A stretch of DNA of 64,000 nucleotides from the human T2T-CHM13v2.0 reference genome, Homo sapiens: NCBI RefSeq assembly GCF_009914755.1, contig NC_060935.1, one strand, 5' to 3'. Positions 53,784-64,000 of this stretch are shown here, one piece after another (the first letter of the stretch is position 1; each line of letters begins with the position of its first letter). The notes under the pieces were generated by a model that saw only the letters and a list, made by a program, of their open reading frames with translations, did not search any database and was not told the origin of the DNA. The position numbers and the translations under genes are program-made.

Positions 53784-55358
53784 AGACTGAAGCTTCATTC
53801 TAGACAGTTTGGGAGCCAGTAACAAAGGGCTGGGGCTGGCCTTGTCCACTTGTGCTAGTCTCCACTTGCTCCATGTTTTACTCCTAGCACAAAGTTGAGA
53901 CATGGCCAGAGCCCAAACCCAGCTGCCTTTTCCTCAAGAAACTTTTGCTGGCATTAATCAAGACCTGTAAATCCACCATGTGGATGACACAGGCTGTGTG
54001 CCCAGCCCAGACTCTGCGAGCGACAGAAGAGGAGGGAGTTGCTTAGTGACATGACACAAAGGGCGTCTTTGATTCATCACCCGGCCCCAGCCCCAAGCCC
54101 CTGGCCAGCAGCGAGGAACGGCTGCAAATGAGCAATAGGACTCCTTTACAAATGTCACTTTGCTGTAAAATGTAAATGTTTAACATTTAGACACGAACGC
54201 TGACTCCCAAAATGCCTAGTGCTGGGTGGCTTTTATTCATTCTCTTAGGGATTCTTTGTCCTCCCATGGTGAGAGATTTCACTGCATGATTTACACCCCT
54301 GTGCTTGTTAAATTGCTGGCATGTCTTGCCCCAGATAGGGCAGCAAAAGAGCAGAGATTTGCAGGGGACTTTATACCTTTCCTGTTAATGCAGAGTATTA
54401 AATATACAGTGCAATTCCATCGGCAGCCACTGCTCAGAGGTGCTATGAACTCTGAACAGAGGAGATTTCATTTTATTTCCAATTATCCTGGACTTCAAAA
54501 TATAAGATTGTGTCATTGAAGGTCGAGAAAGACCAAAAACAGCAATAAAATATATTCCCTGGGAGTTCTGTCTTCTAGACCTGCTCATCAGCTAATTCTG
54601 TCTTAGTGGTCTGGGACTAAGGGGCAGGTACATTGAGGATATGGGTGATTGTTCTTGGGGCTAAATTCCTTTTCCCCCAAGACAATTCTAATGAGGGTAA
54701 GCCCTGTAGCCACTCTCAGCCTCCTGATGATTGGCCTTTGGATAAAGATGGACCTAGCATAAAAAGTAAGTCAAAGTTCAGACATCTGGCAAGACTCAGA
54801 GCCAGGCAAGGAAAGCAATAGGGTCACAGGAATCACTGGGCGTAGGGGCAGGAAGATCTAGATGGCAGTTTCACCCAACTTTCGTTTCCTCTAGAACATA
54901 TTGTTTGTTGAATTTTTCTCTGCACCCACCCCACGCTTGCTGCCTCCCACAGTTTTGATCACAGTAGGCACTTAATGCCTATTTGTTTAATTAATTAAAT
55001 AAGTAGTGAGTCACTGGCAAACCTAGCGCTGGCTGAAGAGATTATGTCTAAAGTTCCAATGGCTGAATTTTACAACTTCGGACAAGTCTCTTAACCTCTC
55101 CGTATGAGATTTTATGTTATTCCTGTCACATTCTTTGGAAGTAACTGAGATAGAAAGAGATTATTATTAATTTACCAATAAGAAACAGAGGCTCAGACAG
55201 GCTACAGGTTTTTCTTGATATCATGTTGAGTTAGTAATAAAGTCAAAATGAAAATCCTGCTTTTTTGATTTCTCATTCGATTTTTGTTTTTCTTCAGTTC
55301 ACCATACTGAATGTTCACACTTTGCACCATGAACCCAGGTGAGGTACCTATGATCATC

Positions 55359-55479
55359 CAGGCCAGGACCAGGGTGAGGCAAGTGAGGAGCTGAAGGTAT
55401 TTGCAAAACTGTGAGAGTGGTGTCCCCTTCAATGTTGTGTCCTAGATGACTTGCTCACTTCACCTTTATCCCAGCCCTG
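55359..55479. mobile_element. MER53-like hAT MITE
   Basis: Terminal inverted motifs caggccaggaccagggtgaggcaagtgagg / ctcacttcacctttatcccagccctg. Confidence 0.55.
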
Positions 55480-55841
55480 GGGATCTCACATGTGGAAGCA
55501 GGGATGAAGGGGTAGTGCTCAAGAAAAGAAATCTGCAGGTGAGCTTCGAAGAATTCATTTTCTTCAGGACTAGTACCTGGAAGTCTGGGCTCTCAGAACA
55601 GAAAGCTGGAAAGGAATTGCTTTTTCAGAGATGTCAAAATAGCAAAGAAACATGCATGCATTTAAACACCAACCCAGGTTGAGTCTGGGGGCTCTCTTCT
55701 CATCCTTCCTCAGCAGGGTGACAGATGACACTTGCCAGTAGCTTTTGATCAAATCTGCCCCCATCGGAAGGTAGGGGGACCAGAGGACTTGGGGAATTCC
55801 TGTATGACTGATTGGTATGGTTTACTACCATGCAGGGTCTT

Positions 55842-56210
55842 TGTATTAGGATGCTTTTGATCACAGTGTGTTAGAAATGTATCTCAAACGATCTTAGGCA
55901 CAAATGGGAATGTATTGGATGCATACTGAAAAATATAACTATAGATGGAAAGAGACCTCAGAAATCATTGGAATTAAGGAATTAAATGACCTAAGGAGTT
56001 TAAAAAAAAATCTTTAGCCTCCATTTCTTTTCCCTCATTTGTGAGAAAGGGGTTTCCTTGGCATTGAGGAAAATAAAGTCACTAAAAGTTATCAAGCTTC
56101 ATGTCCTAGACCCTGCCATCAGTGAAGAAGTAATCTTCTTCCCTTACTTGCAGTTTTCAAAACTCCACAGAAAGACTCTGATTAGCCTAGTTTGGTCAGG
56201 TGCTCACTTC
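55842..56210 (-). mobile_element. Old MLT1 (J/K/L-like) LTR remnant
   Basis: tgtattaggatgctttt..aatgggaatgtattgg..aagactctgattagcctagtttggtcaggtgctcac. Confidence 0.5.
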
Positions 56211-57590
56211 TGTGTCTACTATTAGGCTCAAAATCATGTTCATATAGAACCAATACAGCCTCTGGGCCACTTCTGTGTATACAAGCTCTCACCAAGAGTG
56301 AGATCCTTGTGAGCTGGGCAACCAACTCAACCTAGCAATTTTCTCAGCCATATTCATGATCAGCAATGGTGCAATAGTGGACATTCTACTTTGGAAATCT
56401 GGCCCAATGAGGCTTGCAGAACCAAAGCAGGTGGAGGGAGTTACCTACAGGAAGCCCATGTTTTGTACAGCCCATGTAAATAATATAAAGCTCTGAGTTA
56501 TTTCTAGGAATGATGTGAAATTCAGCAATTCTCATGGGAATTTCTTGGCTCTAAAACCTAGCACCTGCTTGGGCTATCCCCTAGAGCTTTACCGTCTCCC
56601 CAGAAAAGTGACAGTACTAGTTTTGGTGTCAATGAAATTCTTCCTTCCCTGAGCTGAAGTTCTTTTTGTTGTTTTCAAGGAAAATCACAACCTGGCCCAA
56701 CCCAAAAGCTCCACAGGGAACTCCGAGTTGTATTCCTACTCTTCCTTGCTTGGATATATTTTCATTAAAACCAGAAGGTCAAAAAAATTAAGAACATGTT
56801 CTCTAAAAATTGGGTTCCTGGAGTTCAATGGGTAGAAAGGCATAAACCCCTCTTTGAGAAACTTTTTCAATGAATCCAAAGAAGGGATATTAGAGGTAGT
56901 ATAATTTGTTGGAAATAGCACAGATTTAGTTTTTAAAGTTATTTAAATTTTAAAAGCAGAAATATCTCTAAGCAAACTTGGGAAAAAGAGAATTTTACCA
57001 GTAATTCCTCCACAATAATATTGTTTTTGTGTTGACTCCTCCAGGCTTTCATATAAATGGTTGTACTTGGCATACATGTGATCCATGTGATAGGGAGCAT
57101 GAAATGATGTACTATTATGCCAGTAAGTTCCGACTACCAATATGTTATGGTATTACGCAGAATGTATAATGGAAAGCCATCTCTAGGTTGAAACTTAATA
57201 AGGAAGTTATACTTCTTATCAAAGGAGTTTAGATATTTCCTCCCTCTAGAAACACTTATCAAGACCAAGGGGAATATAGTTGCATAAACAGTGCCTGGGG
57301 CAGAGAGAAAAAGCCATTCTTAGGATTAACAAATAAAACAAGCACCCCACATTTTATAGATGATTTTATAGAGAAACCAAGTGTTCCAGGTAAATCAGCT
57401 GGTTCTTAAAGACTCCAGTTCGAAAATGGTTTAAGCAAAGACTAGAACTTGAATAAGAAACAAAGAACCCTACAGAGCCAGACATTGCTGCTGAGCAATA
57501 TGGGATATGTATAAAAAAGGACCTGCATAACATGGAAGAAGGGGCATTTAGACGAGGCCAGACAGACTCTGTTCCATTACTAACATGAAG

Positions 57591-58707
57591 TTTTTTTTTC
57601 AGCTTTTATTTTAGATATAGAGGGTATATGTGCAGGATTATTACATGGGTATATTGCACCCAAGTAGTGAGCATAGTACCTAATAGGTGGTTTTCCAGCT
57701 CACTCCCCACTCCCTATCTCCCCTCTCTATCAGTCCACAGTGCCCATTGTTCCTGTGTTTATGTCCACGTGTGCTTGAACGTTTAGCTCCCACTTATAAG
57801 TGAGAACATGCAGTATTTGGTTTTCTGTTCCTGCATTAATTCACTTTGGATTTTGGCCTCCAGCTCCATCCATGTAGCTGCAAATGACATTATTTCATTC
57901 TTTTTTATGGCTACATAGTACACCATGGTGTATATCTATCACTTTCTTTATCCAATCCACTGTTGATGGGCACCTGCGTTGATTCCATGTCTTTGTTATT
58001 GTGAACACCACAGCAATGAACATGTAAGTACATGTGTCCTTTTGGTGTAATGATCTACTGTCCTTTGGGTATATACTCAGGGATTGCTGGGTCAAATAGT
58101 AGCTCTGTTTTAAATTCTTTGCAAATTCTCCAAACTGCTATTCACAGTGGCTGAACTAATTTACATTCCTTCCGACAGTGTATAAGCATTCCCTTTTCTC
58201 TGAAGTCTCACCAGCATCAGTTATTTTTTGACTTTTTAATAATAATCATTCTGACTAGTGTGAGATGGTATCTCATTGTGGCTTTGATTGGGATTTCTGT
58301 GATGATTAGTGATGATGAGCATTTTTTTCATGTTTGTTGGCTGCTTGTATGTCTTCTTTTGAGAAGTGTCTATTCATGTCCTTTGTTCATTTTTTAATGG
58401 GGTTATGTCTTCTGTTTTTTGATTTGTTTAAGTTCCTTATGGATTCTACATATTAGACGTTTGTCAGATGCATAGTTTGCAAATATTTTCTCCCATTCTG
58501 TAGATTGCCGGTTTACTCTTTTGATGGTTTCTTTAAAACTAAAGATGGAAGCTCTTTAGTTTAATTAGGTCCCACTTGCCATTTTTTATTGTCGTTGCAA
58601 CGTTTTTTGGGGACTTAGCCAAAAATTCTTTGTCAATGCTGATGTTGAGAAGGGTGTTTCGTAGGTTTTCTTCTAGGATTTTTATAGTTTGAGGTCTTAC
58701 ATTTAAA
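57591..58707 (-). mobile_element. L1PA16-like 3' segment (non-inverted part of a 5'-inverted L1)
   Basis: T tail, tacatgggtatattgcacccaagtagtgagcatagtacc 3'UTR, ORF2 C-terminal remnants. Confidence 0.85.
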
Positions 58708-61171
58708 GGGAAAAGAACAAACCAACCCCAAGTTAGCAGTATAGAACAAATAACTAAAATTAGGGGAGACCTTAATGAAATTGAGATGCAAAAATCCATA
58801 TAAAAGATCAATAAAGCCAGAAGTTGGTTCCTAAAAAAAAAACAAGATTGATAGACTATTAGCTAGATTAACAAAGAAAAAAATGAGAGTATCCAAATAA
58901 ATACAATCAGAAATGACAAAAATGACATTACAACTGATCCTACAGAAATACAAAAGATCCTCAGAGAATACTATGAGCAACTCTATGCACACAAATTAGA
59001 AAATCTAGAGAAAATAGATATACATTCTTGAAAACACAATCTCCCAAGATTGAATTAGGAAGAGACTGAAACCCTGAACAGACCAATATTGAGCTCTGAA
59101 ATTGAATCAGTAATAATAATTAAAAAAAAAAACTACTAACCAAAAAAATCTTCTGGACCAAATGGAGTCACAGCAAAATTCTACCAGATATACAAAGAAG
59201 AACAGATACCAATTCTACTAAAACTATTCCAAAAACTGAGGAGGAGAAATTCCTTCCTAACTCATTCTATGAAGCCAGCACCACCCTAATATCAAAATCA
59301 ACAAAGGAAGAAAACTTCAGGCCAATATCCATGATGGACACAGATGCAAAAATCCTAAACAAAATACTAGCAAACCAAATCCAGCAGCACATCAAAAAGT
59401 TGATCCACCATCAGCAAGTAACTTTATTCCTGGCAATATGGTGTGTCTCTGTGTCCCCACCCAAATCTCATCTCAAATTATAATCCCCATAATCCCCATG
59501 TGTAGAAGGAGGGACCTGATAGGAGGTGATTGGATCATGGGGATGGTTTCCCCCATGGTGTTCTCATGATATTGAGTGAGTTCTCAAGAGATCTGATGGT
59601 TTTATAAGTGTTTGACAGTTCCTCCTTCACACACACTCGTACTAGAGGGGTGATAAGGTTTGGCTCTGTGTCCCCACCCAAATCTCATCTCAAATTGTAA
59701 TCCCCACTTGTGGAGGGAAGGGCCTGTAATCCCCATGTGTTGAGGGAGGCAGGTTGGATCATGGGGCAGGTTTCCCTATAGTGAGTGAGTTCTCACAAGA
59801 TCTGATGGTTTTATAAGTGGTGGTTTCCCCAGCTCTTTGCCCTCCTGCCATCTTGTGAAGAAGGTGCCTGTTCCCCTTCCACCATGATTGTAAGTTTTCT
59901 GAGGCCTCCCTGGCCATGTAGAACTGTGAGTCAATTAAACTTCTTTTCATTATAAATTATCCAGTCTTGGGCAGTTCTTTATAGCAGTGTGAATATGGAC
60001 TAATACACCTGGGATGCAAGGTTGGTTCAACATATGCAAATCAATAAATGTAATTCACCACATAAACAGAATTAAATGCAAAATGACATGATCATCTCAA
60101 TAAATTCAGAAAAAGCTTTCAATAACATCCAACATCTATTAATGATAAAAACCATCAACAGACTAGGCATTAGAGGAACATATCTCAAAATAATAAGAGC
60201 CACTACGAGAAACTCACAGCCAACATCACAGTGAACAGGCAAAAGCTGGAATCATTCCCTTTGAGAATGGAAACAAGGCAAGAATGGAAACAAGGCAAGA
60301 ATATGCAGCATAGTACTGGAAGTCCTAACCACAGCAGTCAGGCAAGAGAAAGAAATAAAAAGTACTAAAGTAAGAAAAGAAATCAAACTATCTCTCTTCA
60401 CTGACAATAGGATTCAATACTTAGAAAACCCTGAAGACTCAACCAAAAAGCAACTAGAACTGATAAACAATTTTAGCATGGTTTCATGATACAAAAATCA
60501 ATGTATAAAAATCAGTAGCATTTTTATACAGCAATAATGTCCAGATTGAGAGTCAAATCAAGAGTACAATTCCATTTACAATAGCCACCAATTCAAAGAA
60601 AATGAAATAATTAGGACTATAGCTAACTAAAGAGGTGAAAGGTTTCTACAAGGAGAACTACAAAACACTGCTGAAGGAAATCAGAGATGAAACAAATAAA
60701 TGGAAAAACATCCCATGCTCAGGGATTGGAAGAAGGAATATTGTTAAAATGGCCATACTGTCCAAAGCAATTTACGGATTCAATGCTATTTCTATCAAAC
60801 AACCAATGACATTCTTCACAGAATTAGATAAAAATTTTCTAAAATTCATATGGAACCAAAAAAGAGCCTAAATAGCCAAAGAAATCCTAAGAACAGAAGA
60901 AGAAAGCCAGAGGCATCACATTACCTGGCCTCAAACTATATTATAAGGCTACAGTAACCAAAACAGCATGGTACTGGTACAAAAACAGAGACATCATCCA
61001 ATGGAACAGAATACAAAATTCAGAAATCCACACATTTACAACCATCTGATCTTTGACAAGACTGACAAAAACAAGGAATTGGAAAAGGAATCCCTACTCA
61101 ATAAATGATGCTGGGATAATTGGCTAGCCATATTCAGAAGAATGAAACTAGACCTTTACCTTTCACCATAC
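58708..61171 (+). mobile_element. Inverted ORF2 segment of the same L1, with nested THE1 LTRs
   Basis: Sense-strand ORF2 ([24 protein letters not shown]); ends at ctttcaccatac, just upstream of where the other segment begins. Confidence 0.85.
59434..60007 (+). mobile_element. THE1D-like MaLR: partial LTR (59434-59638) plus complete LTR (59651-60007)
   Basis: ctctgtgtccccacccaaatctcatctc occurs twice; ends ggactaataca; single 5-bp TSD cctgg (59429-59433 / 60008-60012). Confidence 0.85.
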
Positions 61172-61699
61172 ACATGACAGTTCTGAAGAGGAATTGGAAG
61201 CTTACAGCTTTGTAGTATGTATGTATTTATTATAAGTAATTTGGGTTTAGAATTTCAACAATTCCTTTCATAGTCTTAATAAAGTCCTCTGTTAAAGAAC
61301 TCCTCTGGCATTATCACATTCCTAATTTATGTTTACTCTATTAGGGCATCAAAACCAGATATACAGCAATGTGCACTGTACTCACCCTGACAATACTGGC
61401 ATTTTAATGTGGTGGGCTACATGTTATGTTCTGCCAGGCTAGGCAAGAGGACACAGGGACTAGCATTTACCTTAGGAAATAACTATCTGAAGTCCATACT
61501 CCTGAAAAATCTGTTGTACTAAACCCCACAGACATCTCAGCTACCTATGTTTCTTTGCATCACAAATTTCTACCATCTACTTATTGATTAGACATGAGAG
61601 GTGGGCCAAGAAAAGGTGAATTTCAGAATGATGATATGTGTGTCACCAGCTATGGAGAGAGGAAGAATAAAGAATTACAACCATCTGGAGCCAGATCTG

Positions 61700-62120
61700 T
61701 CTCCAGTTGGAAAGCTGGAGCATCTGTTGGCACTGGAATGTCCAACACAACTTCTTCACTGGCATGACGAGTGCCTGATCTATGGTGGCTGGAACAGCTG
61801 GGCTAGCCAGGATCTCTTTCTCCACATGGCTTGTGCAAGTGGCTAAATTGGGCTTCTGCATAGCATGGTGGTCTCAAGGTACTTGAACTTCTGCAGATAG
61901 ATGGCTTCCTCCAGAGCAAATGTGCCAAGAGGCATGGATCGAAGTTGCAAAAGTTCTTATGACTTAACCTGAGAAGTCCCAGAATGTCCCTTCTGGCATA
62001 TTCTTTTGTGCCAGTCAAGAAAGGCCTTAAGGTCAGCACAAATTCAAGGGGAGGTAAATAGTTTCTACCTCTCAGTGGAAGAAGTAGCAAAGAATTTGTG
62101 ACCATCTTTAATCTACTGCA
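61700..62120 (-). mobile_element. MLT1 (G/H-like) LTR fragment
   Basis: ttgggcttctgcatagcatggtggtctcaagg..ctacctctcagtggaagaagtagcaaagaatttgtgaccatctttaatctac. Confidence 0.7.
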
Positions 62121-62332
62121 GTCATATAGTGGATGAACTCAAGAAAATATATAAGTTCTTTGAGTTCTAGGCCAAGAGTGACAATACTCTAACCAGCTTT
62201 GTTAGCCTCCTGTTGCACTGGTCCCTGAAGCTACCAACAAGGTATGCATGAGGTTCACTCTAAGTCAGAAGGTTAACTTGACTAGCTCAATGAATCTCAG
62301 TATTCACCTCACAACAGAATTATCTGGGAAGT

Positions 62333-62741
62333 TGTCTTAGTCCATTTGCGTTGCTACAAAGGAATATGTGAGGCTGGGTAATTTATAAAGAATGTATGTT
62401 TATTTGGTTCACAGTTCTACAGGCTGTACAAGAAGCATGATTTCAACATCTGCTTCTGCTGAGGGCCTCAGACTTCTTCCACTTATGATGAAAGTTTAAG
62501 GGGAACTGGTATGTGCAGACATCACATGGCAAGAAAGGAAGCATAAGAGAGAGGAGAAGGCTGTCATGCCCTTTTTAACAACCAGTGCCCACAGGAACTA
62601 ACAAAGTAAGAACTCACTCAATAACTCAAGTGTGACATCAAGCCGTTCATGACCCACATACCTCTCACTAAGCCCCATCTCCAACATTGGGGATCAAATT
62701 TCAACATGAAGTTTGGAGGGTCAACTATCCAAACTATAGCA
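62333..62741 (-). mobile_element. MSTB solo LTR nested in a MER5-like element
   Basis: tgtcttagtccatttgcgttgctacaaagg...tatccaaactatagca; TSD gaagt/gaagg. Confidence 0.85.
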
Positions 62742-62779
62742 GAAGGTTTGTTTTGATTTGATTTGTTTTGTTGTGTTTT

Positions 62780-62895
62780 TCATATAGATGTCTGGGTATC
62801 TCCTCTACAGAGCCTGATTAAATTGGTCTGTTGGATTTGGGTAGTGTTATTTTTTAAGTTTCCCAGATGATTCTCAGCCCAGGGTTGAGAATGAC
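62780..62895. mobile_element. MER5-like hAT remnant
   Basis: tagatgtctggg..aagtttcccagatgattct..ccagggttgagaatgact. Confidence 0.55.
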
Positions 62896-63859
62896 TTATG
62901 GCTTCTTCTTGGACTCAGGAGACTGCATAGATGGGTGCTATGGAGTGAGGAGCACCTTCTGGGGTTGTGGTGGGGTCAGAAGTAACTGAACAGGATCTAA
63001 CAGGTTTGGGAAAGCCTCTTATAACACAATTCACAATTTTCTAACCTGTTTAAACACACATATGCAATATATTTGTGTGTGCATGCATGTGTGTATATAT
63101 ATATCTTTATAAATTTCATTATACTTGTAATATTTGTATAATAATATAAAAATATATTTATATTTATAAATGTAACTTTAATCACTGTATAGTATATTAG
63201 CTTGTAAATTACCTAACTATTCCCATCTTCTCAGATATTTGTGATTGTTATTGTTGTTGAAATAAAACTAATATTTTTTAACACTTAGCGCTTTGCTTCT
63301 CTTGAATTATTCTCTGAGGACTCATTTGCCAGGGTAGAAATCTGAGTTTTCAGAACTCTTGGTTCTGATGCTAAATTAACCATGTGATCTTGGTCAAATT
63401 AGTTCACCTCCTTTGGTTTATATATTGAAGGGATTGAGACATATGGTCCTTTCTAGATCTAAAATGCTTTGACCTCAGGGGTACATCAGCAGGGGTGCCA
63501 CATTGCGCAATTCCAGGACACCAATATTGAACAGCCAAGCAGACACATGCAGTTTTAGGAATTTTCCTTCCTAAAAGTCTTACCCTGTAATGCCCATCAC
63601 ATGGCTGAGACACCTGGGTTTTACTGCAGATTGATGAAATCTCTGGTACAACAAATACCCACTCAGTTAAGTGACTGATGTTTTCCTTTCAGGCTAGCTG
63701 ATCTTTTTTGTTTTTTTTTTTCCAGAGGATGATATCTGGGGCCTTACCCTTACCAGTGACCTTCCACACTCCCTTCCCCACCCCTACTCCCTACCCACAG
63801 CCCCTTAGATTTACCAGTGTTTTAGGAAAAGCCACAGGGATGACAAGGATCCGGAGCAA

Positions 63860-63975
63860 TGCCTTTTAAACTTGAGAAAATGCCCAGAGAGTTCTTTAAA
63901 ATACAGATTCATAAGCCTCCATATCAGAGGTTCTGACTCAATAGGTCTGAGATATGGCCTCAGAACTTGTACTGT
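63860..63975. mobile_element. MER5-like hAT remnant
   Basis: ctttaaaatacagattc..cagaggttctgactcaataggtctgag. Confidence 0.55.
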
Positions 63976-64000
63976 TTTTGTTTTGTTTTGTTTGTTTGTT

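Noticed and set aside
56340-57580. Possible decayed coding or ancient LINE-like sequence (65-aa ORF 56943-57140)
   Set aside because: No motif I can assign; it would need nhmmer or tBLASTx.

Overview
Primate, human-like non-coding genomic DNA (Alu, L1PA, MER4, THE1/MST). No host protein-coding exon can be supported. Much of the window is transposon-derived: L1s of several ages, Alus, MaLR/ERV LTRs, MIR, L2, CR1 and hAT remnants. Family and subfamily names come from remembered consensus sequences, not from a database search. The main discoveries are in 32.8-41 kb. (1) A minus-strand mosaic (MLT2A1 -> MST -> orphan piece -> L1PB 5'UTR -> L1PB ORF1) has joints at remembered splice sites and starts just downstream of the remembered MLT2A1 TATA-like box. 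It looks like a retrotransposed copy of a spliced, LTR-initiated chimeric RNA. (2) A full-length L1PA3/2-type element has TSDs enclosing an ~820-bp 3' transduction that carries a Y4 RNA pseudogene. Other items: two micro-L1 insertions with TSDs, a 52-bp-arm hairpin, a 324-bp non-TE direct repeat pair, a twin-primed L1 with a nested double THE1 LTR, and a MaLR provirus remnant that keeps its internal region.
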